Both the position numbers and the translations under genes were made by a program. Positions 35,100 through 49,100 of a DNA stretch of 64,000 nucleotides are shown here, in pieces. Location: positions 803,304 through 867,303 of the forward strand of contig RDEW01000018.1 of assembly GCA_011109175.1 (NCBI GenBank). The letters are read 5' to 3'. The notes below the pieces were generated by a model. That model was not told the origin of the DNA, made no database searches, and saw only the letters and a program-made list of their open reading frames with translations. Source of the DNA: Dicyema japonicum. Its lineage: Eukaryota; Animalia; Dicyemida. Numbering within the stretch: the stretch's first letter is position 1; each line of letters starts with the position of its first letter.

Positions 35100-38090
35100 A
35101 GGTTGTCGGTTTTCGTTGTTGTGGTCGTTAATATATACATTCTCTCTCCTATTATTTATTCATGTCTGTTTTTTATGATGTACTACACGAAGACACCTCA
35201 TGCAAAGGGTGCAGAGTATCCAATTCTCGCAAGTGCGGGATTCGATGTTCTGTATGTGTTGGTTACTACCACATAGGTTGTGAAAAACTATCCAAGAAAA
35301 TTGCTCGATCACTTCCCTCGTGGTCGTGCCGACTGGAACTCACTAAAATTGAACCTCATGATCATTTTGTGTCATCATCATCTGTATCAGATCTTCTGGA
35401 AGCCATGTCTCCGGAGGATTTTCTGGTTTTATTATCAAACACGCGACAAAGGAAGATTATCCCTGTCAGGATCCCCAAGGCTTCCAGAATCTCAATTGCT
35501 TCAGCCCTTTCTTCTTGCATTGAGATAGCTGTGTCCAATGGCTCGAAAAAGGATTGGATGGTTCTTTTCTCTTTTCCTGTCCTGGCTATGGGGTTAGAGC
35601 GTAAGCCTGCCCCATCTTCTCGGAAACCCTCTCTATCCCATGTCCTGAAGAAGCGCGTGAGTGCCTTTATGGATTCATGGGAGTCCCTGGCTGAAGAATT
35701 ATTTGTTTCCCCAGTTGATTACTTCCCAAAGTCCAATTCCAAACAATCCAGTATGGCTCCTGAGAGGCTTCGCTCTCGTGTCAGGAGGAAATTGATGGAG
35801 GGCGATCTTACTGCTGCAGTTCGAACTGTTTGTACGGATTCTGACCCGGTGAAAGTCACTCAGGAGACACTCTGTATATTGGGACAGAAACATCCTCCAG
35901 AACCAGAAGATTTTTGTAAACCTGTTTGTCCAGAACAATCTATGCATGATATTTCCACTTCAGCCATTTACAACGCTCTTTGTTCTTTCCGAAGAAGTAG
36001 CAGTGTAAGAGTTGACGGTCTCAAACCTGAACATCTATCAGACCTGGTGTCCCATTCTGTCGGCAGGCCTGGATCGCTACTCTTGGAGCGAACCCGGGAT
36101 CTCGTAGCTCGCATGCTTTCCGGAAACGTTTCCGATTTTGGTCGGAATCTCCTCTTTTCAGCGAATCTAACGGGCCTTGGAAAGAAAGATGGTGGTATTC
36201 GCCCCATTGCAATTGGAAACGTATTTCGACGTTTATCCGCAAAAATGGCTTGTCGTTTTGTTATCTCCCGAATTTCAGCCGAATTTTGTCCTTCGCAGCT
36301 TGGTGTCGGAATCAATGGCGGCTGTGAAGCTGGGATCCACGCAGTGAGAGAATTTGCGTCACAATCAGCTGAATTGAATGTTGAGGACAGAGTTTTATTC
36401 AAATTGGACCTCCGGAATGCCTTCAATTCAGTCAGAAGGGACACCGTTCTTGATACCTGTAGGAGGAGGATTCCTCAGATTTATCCCTTTGTATATCTCG
36501 CGTATTCGGATCCATCCCCTCTTGTTTTTGGCAGTGGAATTATTTCATCCGGATCCGGAGTTCAACAGGGGGACCCACTCGGTCCTCTTCTATTTTCTTT
36601 GTCTATCGACCATATTGCCCAAGACTGTTGCACTCCACTAAACGTCTGGTATCTGGACGATTGTATTCTTGGTGGAAGTCCCGATGATATTCTCTCCAAA
36701 GTGGAATCGATCAGACGTTTGTGTGGAAAAATCTGTCTGGAATTTAACAATGAAAAGTGCGAAGCAACTAATCTGAATTTGAGTTCCGATTCATTCTACC
36801 TTTTTCATAGAAAACTCTGCGAAATCATCCCAGTGGTTAGGGAGACTCATATTGATTCTCTCGACTTCCTTGGTGTGGGATTTTGGTAAACCGGGTGAGG
36901 GAGTTATTGGAAGGCAAGAGGACTAATTTACGTCAGTATGCCGACAGGATGAGTTTTTTGGACCGTCATGTCGCCTTTTTTATGCTGAAGAATTGTCTCC
37001 TTCTCCAAAACTCCTTTTTATTTTACGGGGATCCCCATGCTACGCCGAAAAAGACCTTCTATCGTTAATTATATGGATATCCGGTCAACGATGGGGTCCA
37101 TTCTTAATGTTTGTTTTGATGATTTCGGATGGTTACAGGCCTCACTCCCTGTAGCCTACGGTGGTTTGGGTCTTTCTCTTCCTTCGGACGTTACTTTGGG
37201 CGCCTATTTATCTTCGTTCGGCTCGTCAAGGCGTTTAGTGGATACGGTCCTTCACTCTACTTCCGGACTAAACGTACCGTGAGACTAACGTACCGGGAGC
37301 CTGGGATGAATGGATGAATTTGTACCTGAATGCTCCGGCCAATTGTGATAAGCAAAAGTCCTATTTGTTTTGTGTCTTCGAAAAGAAAAAGAGTCCCTTG
37401 AAAAGACGGAAGATGTAAGAAGGCTTGCCTGCCTCAAAACAGCCAGTTGTCACTCGACGGGGGCCTGGATGAACGCTTATCCATCTGCCGAAATTGGAAA
37501 CCTGTTAGATGATGAGGCTGTGAGAATAGCTACCTCGCTTCGTCTTAGTCTTAAATTGTGTGCCGAAAGAAAATGCCGCTGTGGACGTTGGATCGATCTT
37601 TTTGCTTGTCATGCAAGTGAGTGCGGGTCGTTTCCCCAGGCACTCCTGTCTTAACATGACATTAAAGAATTCCCTTGCCTCTGCTGGACACCATTGCCTG
37701 TTAGAACCTGCTGGTCTTTCCCGAAACGATGGAAAACGCCCCTTTTCCATTGTGTTTGATACTTATTCCCCGTCTAATTTGGTTACTTCTGCTTCAGACC
37801 CAGGACATGCTTCAAAACAGGCCGAGGAACGTAAGAGGAGGAAGTACCAGAGAATTTCGGAGGAGTATCTTTGTGTTCCATTCGCGGTGGAAACGTCAGG
37901 AATCCTTGGCCCCCAAGCAGATGAGTTGGTTCGTAAGATCGGCTCCATGATTCAAGCTGTGACCAAGGATCCGCGAGAGACTGGTTGGTTCCGAGAACGT
38001 ATCTCGTTGGCTATTGTTAGGGGAAATAGCATGGCCATTCAGATGCCTTAATTTAATATTTATTCATTTGATAATAAAATTATTTGTGAA
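35100..38090 (+). mobile_element. Near full-length CRE-clade RLE retrotransposon with N-terminal PHD finger; 575-aa open 5' ORF, then frameshifts
   Basis: CKGC...CSVC...HIGC...WSC; KKDGGIRPIAIG, LDLRNAFN, GVQQGDPLGP, WYLDD; CRCG; DGKRP, RKRRKY, VPFAVETSG, ERISLAIVRGN; short A-rich tail at about 38090. Confidence 0.9.
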
Positions 38091-38204
38091 AAAAAAATTA
38101 TTTACTTGAAAATAATTACCAATTTTTCTATTTACTGACAAGTAAATATTTTGTGCCTTTTATAATTAAAAGTCATAACGTTGGTTAATTTAATATGATT
38201 ATCC

Positions 38205-38560
38205 TAAATTAAAATCCAGCCGTCTCAAGATAGCGCTTCACGATCTCGTTAATGGGGCCACACTTCCGTAACCGGCCAATGCTGGGTGGACAGGAGAGTG
38301 GGTGAAGCATTTTGCGGTCAACAACAGACCCGCACTGGCAAGGATAAGGCTGCCAGGTCAACTCAGAGATGGACGGAAAGATCGATTCGAAGAGCATCAA
38401 GATTTAAAAAAAATCCAATAGATAAGGAAGAGAATCTATTCAGCCTGCAACCTCTGTAAGGGGAAAAGGCTGACAGGATGCATGTCCCACGGTGTAAGTT
38501 GTTTGTTTCCAAAAAAAGATTGAGAGATTTTGTTCTTCGATTTAAGGTAATGCCCACAAA
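38205..38560 (-). mobile_element. CRE fragment (CCHC/RLE region)
   Basis: PYPCQCG..VDRKMLHPLSC...INEIVKRYLETAG. Confidence 0.6.
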
Positions 38561-38709
38561 TTTGAGGGGTAAGAAGCATCATATAACTTTATATTTACAA
38601 TATTTTTAATATATTTAACAATGAGTAACTTTCTTGATATGGCATAACTTTGATTACTTTAATTTATTAACTCCGAATCACGAGCACGAGCATTACTTTG
38701 ATTATTATT

Positions 38710-39590
38710 ATTATTAAAAACCAAAAATCACCGACAAATTAAATAACTACATGGCCGTCAGGTGATTCCGGCCGCCTCAAGTAGCCATCTCATTCTTGCT
38801 CGGTGTTCTTCCCGGGTTCCAACGCATTACCGGATTGGGCGGGGGTTTCTAACTTTTTTGGAAGGTAGTAGGGCTCCGGTTTTCCTCACTAATTCCTCAA
38901 AAGGTGTAGGGTTTAGAGGTGTCCAAGAAAACCTTTGCAAAGCCTTACTGGTCATTTTTGTAAGGTATTAATTTTTTCTATATTCGTGTTTGATAGGTTG
39001 GTTCCCCATGCAGCAAACCCGTAAGTTAGAGACGGTTGAAAATACTGCACGTAGAGTGAGTCCAAATTTGAGTTGAAACACCATTATATTGTCCAAGGAG
39101 TGTTTTAACAAAATTTAGCTTTTGTAGTGCCGAAGAGATGACGTTGTCGATGTGTTTGCTGAAGGTCAAGAGTGGGTCGTAAGTTACGCCCAGTATCTTG
39201 ACCGAGTTGGTCGTGGAGATTGAGTTTCCATTTATGGTTACACATGGAGCAGAGTTTGTCAATCTTCTGTTTGTTGTGAAAATTATTGTATAAGACTTTT
39301 CGTGACTTGTATGTAGAATGTTCTTAACGAGCCAACAGTTCAGATCGTCCAATGAAGCTTGTATCCGGTAAACAGCAGTGTTAACGCACTGGTCTTTGAC
39401 TGTGACGATTATATCATCCGCATATGTCAGAACCAGAGTATCGTCACTGGTAAGGGAGGACACATCATTTAAGAATAGGTTGAATAGGTGTGTGAAAGTG
39501 GAGATCTTTGAGGGACCCCATTTGGAAGGAACTTGGTCACTGATCTAGTTTTTCCAGCAGTTACTCTTCCTTTTCTTCCATTTAGGAAAT
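38710..39590 (-). mobile_element. Family A-type LINE, RT C-terminal half and 3' end
   Basis: LTYADDII and KILGVTYDPLLTFSKHI; AT-rich tail at about 38710. Confidence 0.75.
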
Positions 39591-39679
39591 TTGATAATAT
39601 AATAATAGTATATTATATATTTTGGGATATTTCTTCATTTAAATTATTTATTTTTTTATTTTTATATTAAAGACAATTA

Positions 39680-39860
39680 TTTAACAAAAAAACAAATGTT
39701 AGTTGAGGAAGCCGGCTGCGTGAATCGCGAACGAGTTCCCTCGGAGTATGGCCATTCCAATCTTTTTTCTCAGCCAGAACCCTTCTCGTTAATCCTTTTC
39801 ATTCTGGCAAGCATTCCTCCAGTTCGCGCAAGAACTCAGCGTCATTAGACCAATTATTTT
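39680..39860 (-). mobile_element. Short LINE 3' fragment
   Basis: Resembles the C-terminal coding segment at 38760-38880. Confidence 0.4.
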
Positions 39861-39898
39861 TTATTATGTAAATAAAATTCTTTAAATCCTAATTACAT

Positions 39899-40215
39899 CG
39901 CCGGGTGGCACAGTGGTTATGTGTCGGGCAAAGTGGCTTAGGTCACGGGTCCGATTCTCGCTGCTGTTCACCTGGTGGAAGGTTCCAAGCATCTACGATT
40001 CTAAAAGGGCTTGACGAGTGACGCCGTCATCACTGAGTAGCTGGATAGTCTAAAGGGACATCCAAGAAAAAGAAAACAAAAAAGTGAAGAGCATTCCTTG
40101 GTTCTCCCTCTACGATTAGTTATAATAACTTCTTTACTTAAATAAAGTGTGTTCTGCAGGAACGAAACCCTAGGTATTTTACGTGCTTATGGAAACTTGG
40201 AAGTGCTTACTTTTT
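39899..40215 (+). mobile_element. SINE1 copy (diverged subfamily)
   Basis: 12-bp TSD tcctaattacat at 39887-39898 and 40216-40227; tRNA-like head; shared body. Confidence 0.8.
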
Positions 40216-40254
40216 TCCTAATTACATTTGGAATATATATTATTACTTTCTTTA

Positions 40255-40560
40255 ATTTAAAAACCAAGAATCACCGACAAAAACAAAGGAAGATAGGTGA
40301 TCCAGGCTTTTTTGAGCAGCCGCCTCATCTTTCCTCGGTATTCCTCCTGAGTGCCTACGCACTTCCTGTATGCACGAATCACTTTTTGGAAGTTTAGGGT
40401 TTTGGCTGAGCTCCCGTTCTCCTCACGAGTTCCTCGAACGGAGTTGGTTTTAATGACGAGGAGGATCTCTGTAGGGTTTTCGCTACTGTCTCTTGGAAGG
40501 AGTTTAATTTCTTTTGTTGGTGTGGGATATGTTAGTACTCCATGCCATGCAGCAGTAACT
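40255..40560 (-). mobile_element. Family A-type LINE 3' end
   Basis: aaaaccaagaatcaccgacaaa...ggtgatcc terminus, as at 38715-38770. Confidence 0.6.
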
Positions 40561-40840
40561 GATTGACGGAAGTATAAATTTGTTGACCTTCTACCTGAAC
40601 AAATCCTCTGGTAGAGGTTACATTATGAAAACTATTGCGCCGAATATTGAAGTTATGTCCGCGATGGTAGAAATGGAAGAGATCGGACCTACTTCTCCAT
40701 CTCTCTTCGGAAGCCTGTAGTGTACTATTGGAGGATGGATTTGGTCGGCACAAGCAAATGTTCTCCCTTGGGTTCCTTCCTTGGAGTGATCGTTATGACT
40801 GATTGTGCTGGCCTTATCGTAAGCGTGGGGTTAATAATAA
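40561..40840 (+). mobile_element. LINE family B 3' end
   Basis: KWKRSDLLLHLSSEACSVLLEDGFGRHKQMFSLGFLPW then ggggttaataat; homologous to 16690-17000. Confidence 0.65.
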
Positions 40841-42225
40841 ACTATAGAATACAACTTAGCTAACACTAAAGATTTACAAGAATGAAAATGTCCCCAATCA
40901 ATTATGACTTATTTAATCTTTTGTTAGCCAATTCATGACATGTCATTTTCTAATAATAATAAATACTACCTTTGTCAGTTTATCCATTTCATCCTTTTGT
41001 CTATTTACTGCAATATAATATAAGACATACACAACTCCTTAAAATATAAATGAGGGGGATATGTGTGGGGGAGTATACTCTCTATAATAATTATAATATT
41101 AACCTGAGGGAAGTTTGATCCATATTCATCAATCTTCAAAAACTGAATAATTTTCTCATAAATACTGTAATAAGTGCTAATATTACCATGGATTTCTAAA
41201 GTCCTTCCTAGACATTGCTTCATTTAAATCATAACCATTCTCTGCATAATTATCAAATTTATTCTATATTATAATTTTTATTACTTTTAATTCTGATGAA
41301 ATGTTATTTAATTTATTATTTGACTCACATTCCATATCATTGCACTCCTCTTTATGCTGTATCTAATAATAAATAATAATAAACATCATCCATTTCATCC
41401 TCGGAATTATATGATATTATTAATTTATCCATGTCACACAATATTACTTATTTTTAAATTAATATTATTTTTTAATATATATTTGAGTTTTTATTATTAC
41501 CAAAACTTTAGTTGACTCTAGTTGACGTTTGAAAAAATCAGTTCATTACACGAGAAAAATACGTTCTATACGACGTCTAATTGGCACTCGTTCTTTCCTG
41601 CTGGAGTCGTCAAGAAACAGTAAATCCAATATGTGTGTCCATGTCACTACCGGCAAATGGTCAGTTCTTCTTTAGACGTCATTCTTATTTCGATATTTAA
41701 CATCTCTGAGTCGCACATGAAGCAATAATGATTATCACGTTTTAGAAGTCTTAATCAAGATATTTTTGGAGGTGGAATATGATGAAAGTAATTGTAATGA
41801 TGAGCACTTATATTACTGCATCTACAAACTGTAGATAAATCACCCCCAAATATTGAATAGGCCTGTTTCGCGTGGAGATTTGCGATATCCTACCCATGAC
41901 TGATAAACTAAACTTAATCAAACGAAGAACTTTACATCTTATTCCTGCATCTATCCATCTCGCCCCCACCACTCTCAAATTCAAGAGAAACCATTTGATG
42001 ATGATGCAAAGCAAGAAAGTGTACTAGTATTAACCGATTGAGTTCCTTTGTATGAATTCACTGTATATTTTGTGTTCAACACATAAAATCCCGCAAGGAG
42101 AGTTGTGGATTATTTGAAACTGTGAACACATAATTATTGGTTATTAATATATTTATTGTTGGTGATTAGGTTTTCTAATAATAATATTGTAAATGACAAG
42201 ATATTGAATAAAGTAAAGTGAAAGA

Positions 42226-43906
42226 TTAAGGTGGTCCCCATATAATGACCTTCTCATCATCTGAACAACTAGCAATCATCATGTGATTGATAGGATTCCA
42301 GTGAACAGCATTAACAGTAGCCTTATGTTGATCAAGTTTAAAAATGGTTTTATTTTTGTGAATATTCCAAATACAAACGTGATTATCTAAAAAGAAAGAA
42401 GGTAGAACTTTGAGAGCCAGAAGCAAAGAATGATTGTCCAAGTCCTCCAAATGATGCTCTAATATTGAATATAGAAATATTAGCACCAATAAAAGTATTA
42501 AGTTTAACCTTATTCCTAAAATCCCACAAAGTAATAGTCTATTGAATAATATAAAATATACAGAATTATTTAAAGAGAGTAAAAGATATTCTTCTAAGGA
42601 ATCAAACTCAATGGAGACAATTGGATAGTCTTCTTGAATGAGAACAGTAAAGTTGACATTAATTAAGTTATAAGAGACAATTCTATTATGAGTGTCAGCT
42701 ATAACAACACATCCACTCCTGAGACAGTAAAGTCCTACACATCTGATTCCCTGATGTGAGAATACAACATTTCCATTTAAATTCTAAATAAATGATATAA
42801 TTACTGATAATATAAGATTCCCACATTTTCCTCCTACAATAAACTGTCCAGTAGTAATAGTATCCCAGGTGGCATGCTGAATATCACAATTAAATGTAAT
42901 TCGTCTGTGAGAATTATTCTATTAGTAATTACAATAATAAACCTCCATATCAAAGAGAATAACAAAGTTTGATGGTTTAGAGGCTATTGAACACAATAAA
43001 TATTCTCCATTCGAATTCCAATGTAAATCAGATATTGGTGCATCATCATTACAACTTACTACACATTTTCTTGTTATTTTATATTTCTAATATTAATACT
43101 CACTTACATTAACATTAAATATTACTAAATTACCATCACTAACACCAACAGCCAAATGTAAACCATTAGGAGAAAATTTACATGACAATACTGCATCTGA
43201 ACATTCTATTTCTTTAATATTATGGATTGGAATCGATTCCCTTTATTTATTATTATTTATACTTTGCACATGAATGATCCACTAATAAACTAATATTTGA
43301 TAATTCTTTATTATGGTAATCACAATTCTTTATTTGCATTTGTATTGCCTGATTTAGTAATATACGTAGACGATTAGGTGGTACAATAACATCACAAGGT
43401 AATATATTATTTATTTTATTTACTAATCCTACTCTTTCTTCATTACTATTTTTCAATAATAATTTTGCAATTTCCAATATGTCCACACAATTTGATTTTA
43501 ATATATCTATTCGCATACATACAAATGCTTCCTCATAATTACCATTCTCCACCAATTCTATTAACTTTCTCTTCAATATTAAATATTTTATTTTCTAATA
43601 ATCATCATCATTCATACTTCAACTAATGAACCTTCCAACACATCAATCAACAACTTTGTCTTCTCATAAGCCTATCATTATATTATATATTACATCATCC
43701 CATTTTCCTTCCATTATGCATTCATTTATAGTCATTACTATTGAGTTTTCCATTATAACACCTGTCTCTTTCCTCAATTCACTTAATGTTGAACTAGTAT
43801 TCTTTATTATTATATACTTTAATCCCAAGTACTTCAATTCTTGACCAATCAGTCTTAGTCTTTCCTTCTCACGTACTGAAAACTCTTTTATATCATCACA
43901 ATCCAT
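42226..43906 (-). CDS. WDR26: WD repeat-containing protein 26 (GID7/CTLH complex), many 21-24-nt introns; one homopolymer frameshift near 43210
   Basis: RLIGQELKYLG (LisH), MEGKWDD (CTLH), VPPNRLRILLNQA, ADTHNRI, IQEDYPI, SFGG...FASGS, HKATVNAVHWNP...IASCSDDEKVIIWGP. Start codon uncertain. Confidence 0.85.
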
Positions 43907-44299
43907 TAATTTTATACGTTTTGCCGACGATGTATTATCAATCACTAACAATAATAACAACACATACTATTTTTAAATTATATATTTATTTTATTTTATA
44001 AAATTATCATTAATCTTTTTTAATGGATATACAGTAGGTGTGATTTAACATCACTGTTTTAGGCATCCTCGTAATAATTTAGTAATGCCGTATACCAACT
44101 GAGAAGTTATATCGATCGGATCTGATCGGCTCTGAAAACAGTGTTATTTTGGGAGTTTGGATGGGATTGTACATCAACTAAACGATAGCACATATGTTCA
44201 AAAGTGAGCTCATAAACAAACAAGAACACTGTCCCGTCTGGGTGGCACTTATACTATACAGGACATTTCTTTTGCTGCTGCTTTTCTTGCGACTGATAT

Positions 44300-44590
44300 T
44301 TCTGTGAGTGTAACGGTTGCCGGAAAAGAGGCCTGAATGTCTCTAGTTCAAATCCCGATACTCTACATTTCGGTTGAAGGTTCCACGCATCAATAGTGAA
44401 CACTTCACTGCGGAACTGGATCGTCTATATAGGACATACATCCAAGAAAAAGAAAACAAAGAAGTGAAGAGCATTCCTTGATTCTCCCTCGTCGATTAGC
44501 TATGATAATTGGTATTTGCTTAAAATAAAGTGTGTGTTCTGCCAGAGGGTAGCGATAGCTGCTATGGCTCCTCGGAAAGTGCATTGTTTT
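44300..44590 (+). mobile_element. SINE1 variant with a different tRNA-like head
   Basis: B-box-like agttcaaatcc; body gaaggttccacgcat...cactgcggaactgga...gaagtgaagagcattccttg shared with the other SINE1 copies. Confidence 0.65.
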
Positions 44591-44639
44591 TTATATTTCT
44601 GTGAATGTTATATATGACTTACAAATCAGACCATAAACC

Positions 44640-44940
44640 AAATCATTTTGAGAATTACAAAAAAACAAAGGTTTCCGTTGGTCCGTCTTCAACGTCTTTC
44701 GCAGCCTATTGATTCTGAAACACGAGCTCTCATTCATACCAGAAATAAACAGTCAATGAACGTCAGTGAAAGGATGTCAAAACTAAATAACAAAATCATG
44801 CGGAACATCACAAAACACAACAAAGGACGTTTAGAAGCCATGCTGAATACCACTATATTATGGAGTTCTAAAAGGAGGCCCAAGAAGTGTTCTTCACAGT
44901 TAATTGCACATAGTGAGCCGTGACAAAATCCCAATGACTT
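44640..44940 (+). mobile_element. Family A LINE fragment (APE-RT linker)
   Basis: IDSETRALIHTRN...KLNNKIMRNI parallels LDSETRLLVKQRN at 9750-9970. Confidence 0.5.
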
Positions 44941-45129
44941 TATGGAATAATAATATGTGAATATCAGTCATAAACCATATTCAAAGATCTGTATCTTCGT
45001 TCAGGTCATGTTCGAAAGAATAAATGTCCCAACATAATTCTAAGCTGTAATCGTATAATCATAATAATTTTAATGCTCTTATTCCAATAACTCTAATCCT
45101 CTTTGTAAAAGTTTTTATTAAGAAAAGAA

Positions 45130-45800
45130 AAGAGAGTAAACCGTTATATAGCGGCTGAGATCCACCATGTTAGGTCATCGTATGCCCGCTGTCCTGCATA
45201 AATTATGTCCGTTATCTCGTTAAGGTCATCAAGGGGTTGCATAGTAGTATAGTTGGATATCACAGCAATTCAATTCATTAAGCAAATCAACTCTGACCAA
45301 TTTGAACGGTGTCTTTTGAGTATAAACTCTTGTATCTCGTGGGATAGAGCTAGCTCCTTGATTTGAACATTCAAAGCCTCAACACATATTCCAATATATA
45401 CAGATTTTACTCACTGAGCTTTTTCGGAAATTTTGCGGACTGAACATCTTTTACATTCATCCTCTCTTCTCTGCCTTAAGCAGTTTATTGACTTTGGATA
45501 TGCCTTTATTAGTGGAGAAGCGGTAATTGAAGGAGTCAGGGATCAGTTGCCATTCTCCACGAGGGATCCTTCCAAACCTAGCTTTGGAACATTTAAAAAC
45601 ATCAGTCATCCACTCGCATTTTTCTGAGCTGTCAACACTAGCGATTAAATACTTAAGAGGAAGGAGGTGCACAGGTCGTTTTTCAAGGTCCTGACAAATA
45701 TCACGGGGTTCACACAGTACTGAATCCGCCGTCCAACTCCAGGTTCTGTATTTTCATTAATTGTCTCAGTAGGAGGGCCACCATAATTTGTTTTTTCTTT
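45130..45800 (-). mobile_element. Older R4/Dong-like N-terminal fragment
   Basis: LNEITDIIYAGQRAYDDLT resembles LGDISLVLYAAQITYEELT in the 46164-49629 element. Confidence 0.45.
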
Positions 45801-46163
45801 TGCGAAAACTGACAGCCAAGTGAAATTCAAATTAAAAATTGTAATAAAAAGGTATATAAACATATGCACTAAAGATTTTTTTGTTTTAATTTGATGTAAA
45901 CGTTGTGTAAAACATTAGTTAATTCTGATTCTCCATCAAAAATGAGCTCTCTCAGAAAAAAAATTATTTTATTTATAAAAACTTACAAATTTTCTATAAA
46001 TATTAGTCATAAAATTAATAGCATTTAAACAACATGACATTTGTTTTGTTTATTACTTAATTTATTGCATGCAAATTGTTTAGTCAATTGTACAGATTTG
46101 TGATAATCAATTTGATTATTTGATGATAAAATTCTATTAATTCTACAAATATAATAATATATA

Positions 46164-49100
46164 AGCCCCACTTTATTTAACAAACAATAAAAAAAAGTTA
46201 ATATATTTATTAATCAACAACCTTCCTCGCCTGCCTGTTCGCCAGCCTCCTCAGGCAGGTTCGATTCTGGTTGCTGAAACAACTCCGAGAGCGCTTTGTC
46301 TAATTGAACCCTCTGCCCATATGGCATCTCAGGGCTCTGCCTCCTATACTCCAGTGTCAGGCTCTCTAGGGTCCGCTTTAACACAGTGGACTGTAGATAG
46401 GCCTGGAGCTTCCTATCTACCCCCAACTGCTTCAGATAACCCTTGTGGTACTTTGTTGCAATTCCTTCCCACGTCATTACTATAGGAATAACGAGGACCT
46501 TGCAACCAAGCATCTGCCCCATCTCGTTTGCAAGAAAGTCATACTTCCTTTTTTTCTCCACCTCCACAGTCTGCAAACGGTCTTGAGACGTGATGCCAAC
46601 CTCTATGATAAGGACTTGGCCAGACTCCTTATCGTGTACCACAATGTCCGGTTTATTGTGCTTGACTAGCACCGAGGTACGGATAACACTGTCTACCTTA
46701 ATTTGGACCCTGGTGTTCTCTACTACAGATTGCACCTTATGAGTCCGCAACTTTCTGGTGTGGCGAATACCATACTTATTGCATAGTAGAAGATGAAGAC
46801 TCCTTACTACCTCGTTGTGCCTCCACACATAGTCGTGGCAGAGCATGGATCCACATCGAGTGGCTAAATGATCAACCGACATGCTCCTTGACTTACAGTG
46901 GGGACATGTATTTGTTGATCGACCCCAAAAAATATTGCGGTCTTGCATATACGTGTACAACGCCTCCGATCGAGGTGAGTTGTCACCGTATTTTAGCCAT
47001 ATTGTCGACGACTTAAGGTCGACATGTGGGTTGTCCAATGCTCTGAAGAGGACCTTATGAAGGCTTTTTAAGTTGATCTTTTCCATCAAATTATTATATT
47101 GTAATTCGATCAACGCCTTCACATTTACTAGCCCACCATCATCAACACCATACTTAGCAGACAAAAAAGGTCTGATAGTGCCTAGGTGGGTTGCCCGTGT
47201 TTTCTCGGTCGTTATTATGGCGTGCTTCCTAGCAGACACACTTGACCCAGCTATCAGGGTGTCGTGCATTCGCATTAGGATGCGCTCACTTAGTTGGACT
47301 ACTCCACACAGTCCACGGCCGAATTTATCACGGGGTAAATATAGTCTCTCCTTATTGGCTGCCAACACATGGACATGGTTCTCTCTGAGTACTCCACGGA
47401 TCATAACATCCATCTCATCATACTCTTTGGGCTCAAACTCCACAACACCTATGTAGTAGTTTAGCAGCGAGACAGCATACTCATTTAATGCTAGGAACAA
47501 ATTCCTTGCATTTAGAGACGTCTTACACAATAACGCTGCTCTTTTACGGATGCCTTCAGTAATTTGTCGCTTTGTCTCAGGCATTATAAGGGACTTTGGA
47601 GATTCGGTAACACCCAGATACTTATATCCTTCGTGTTCCTCTAGGACTCTTACTAACTCGCTACATACTTGCGTGTTAGTCGCAGACTTTGAATAATTCA
47701 AATCTAGCCCTATACTCTCAAAGAATTCCCTGGCACAGACCCCCATGGAGTAGAGCTCCTCGGCTGTTCGAGCATACATCTTCAGTCATCGATAAAAAGA
47801 AGGTGATTTGTACTGAAACAGACCCCTTCACAATGAACTGGTATTTGCTCAAACCGGTCATTGAGGCGGCGACTCAATGGCTCCAAACAGAGAACAAAGA
47901 GTAGCGGAGACATGCTATCCCCCTGAAGGATCCCCCTCTTGAGTTTTACCTCGCCTATCCGGTGCCTATTATAGTTCAGATGAATACTCCACCTATTCAT
48001 CACAGCCACTACAAAGCTGATGAACCACACAGGCATACACAGACTGTGTAGGCACTCGACAAGGTAAGAATGATCAACTGAATCGTAAGCCTTCTTCACA
48101 TCCACCCACATAGACAAAAGTGAGTTTCCGTGAGACACAGAAAGGCATTTGTTGATCAAAGCCTGCTCTTTTGCCCCCTGACAATTTCGAACAGTTCCCA
48201 ACTGATTCTCGGAGAGAATCCCATTTGCGTCTACAAAGCTTCTGACCTCATTAGCCACTAATTTGGTCATCAGCTTATACAGGGTTGGCATGCAGGTTAT
48301 CGGTCGATAATCTGCAGCAGACTGGGGGTTGTCCAGCTTTGGGATCAAATAAGTTGTCCCTGTGCATGCCCAATCAGGAATCGTTTCCGGGTTAGTGATG
48401 CTTTTCTGTAATACACGACACATAGACTCGTGTAATGAAGTGCATCTTTTGATAAAGAAATTATAAACTTTATCGACCCCGGTCGTCTTCCAATCAGGGA
48501 GATGTCTCACTACCGCCTCAAATTTCTTGCGAAAATCGAAAATTCCGCAAGATTCCGCCAAGAAAGGAGCGGCGCTGTACGGGACATTCCACGCATTTCC
48601 TCTGCGTGGTTTAGCCTCCCACATACTACCCCATGTGGAAAGCATTTCCGCGTCCTGCTGGGAACATACACTATGGCCATTTTCGTGTAGGCGACGGTAA
48701 AACAATCTGCGATTAAACTCAAACAGATTATTTTCTCTCCTTCTCTTACACCGACTTTCATGTGTATAGAGTTTCCTCTTATACACCATTATTGCCCCCT
48801 CTAACTCCACCTTTGCCCTCCTCAACTCTTTGAGGTCCCATTTGGGAACACGGAGTTTACTAATTAGCCCCTTTACTATAGCCGGTGCTTTTCCTCTAAC
48901 CCCTCTCGCCACACTACTTATGTGCCCCTCCAGTGCTTCCAGCTCAGTCTGTCTCCAAGCAATCTTGGCACAGATCTGCTCCCTCCATTTACTGGGTGGT
49001 CTGGGCTTGTCCGTCAATTCCTCATAGGTGATCTGTGCTGCATACAGCACTAGGGAGATGTCACCCAATGACCCTACTGGCTTAGCCTCCACCGCATAAG

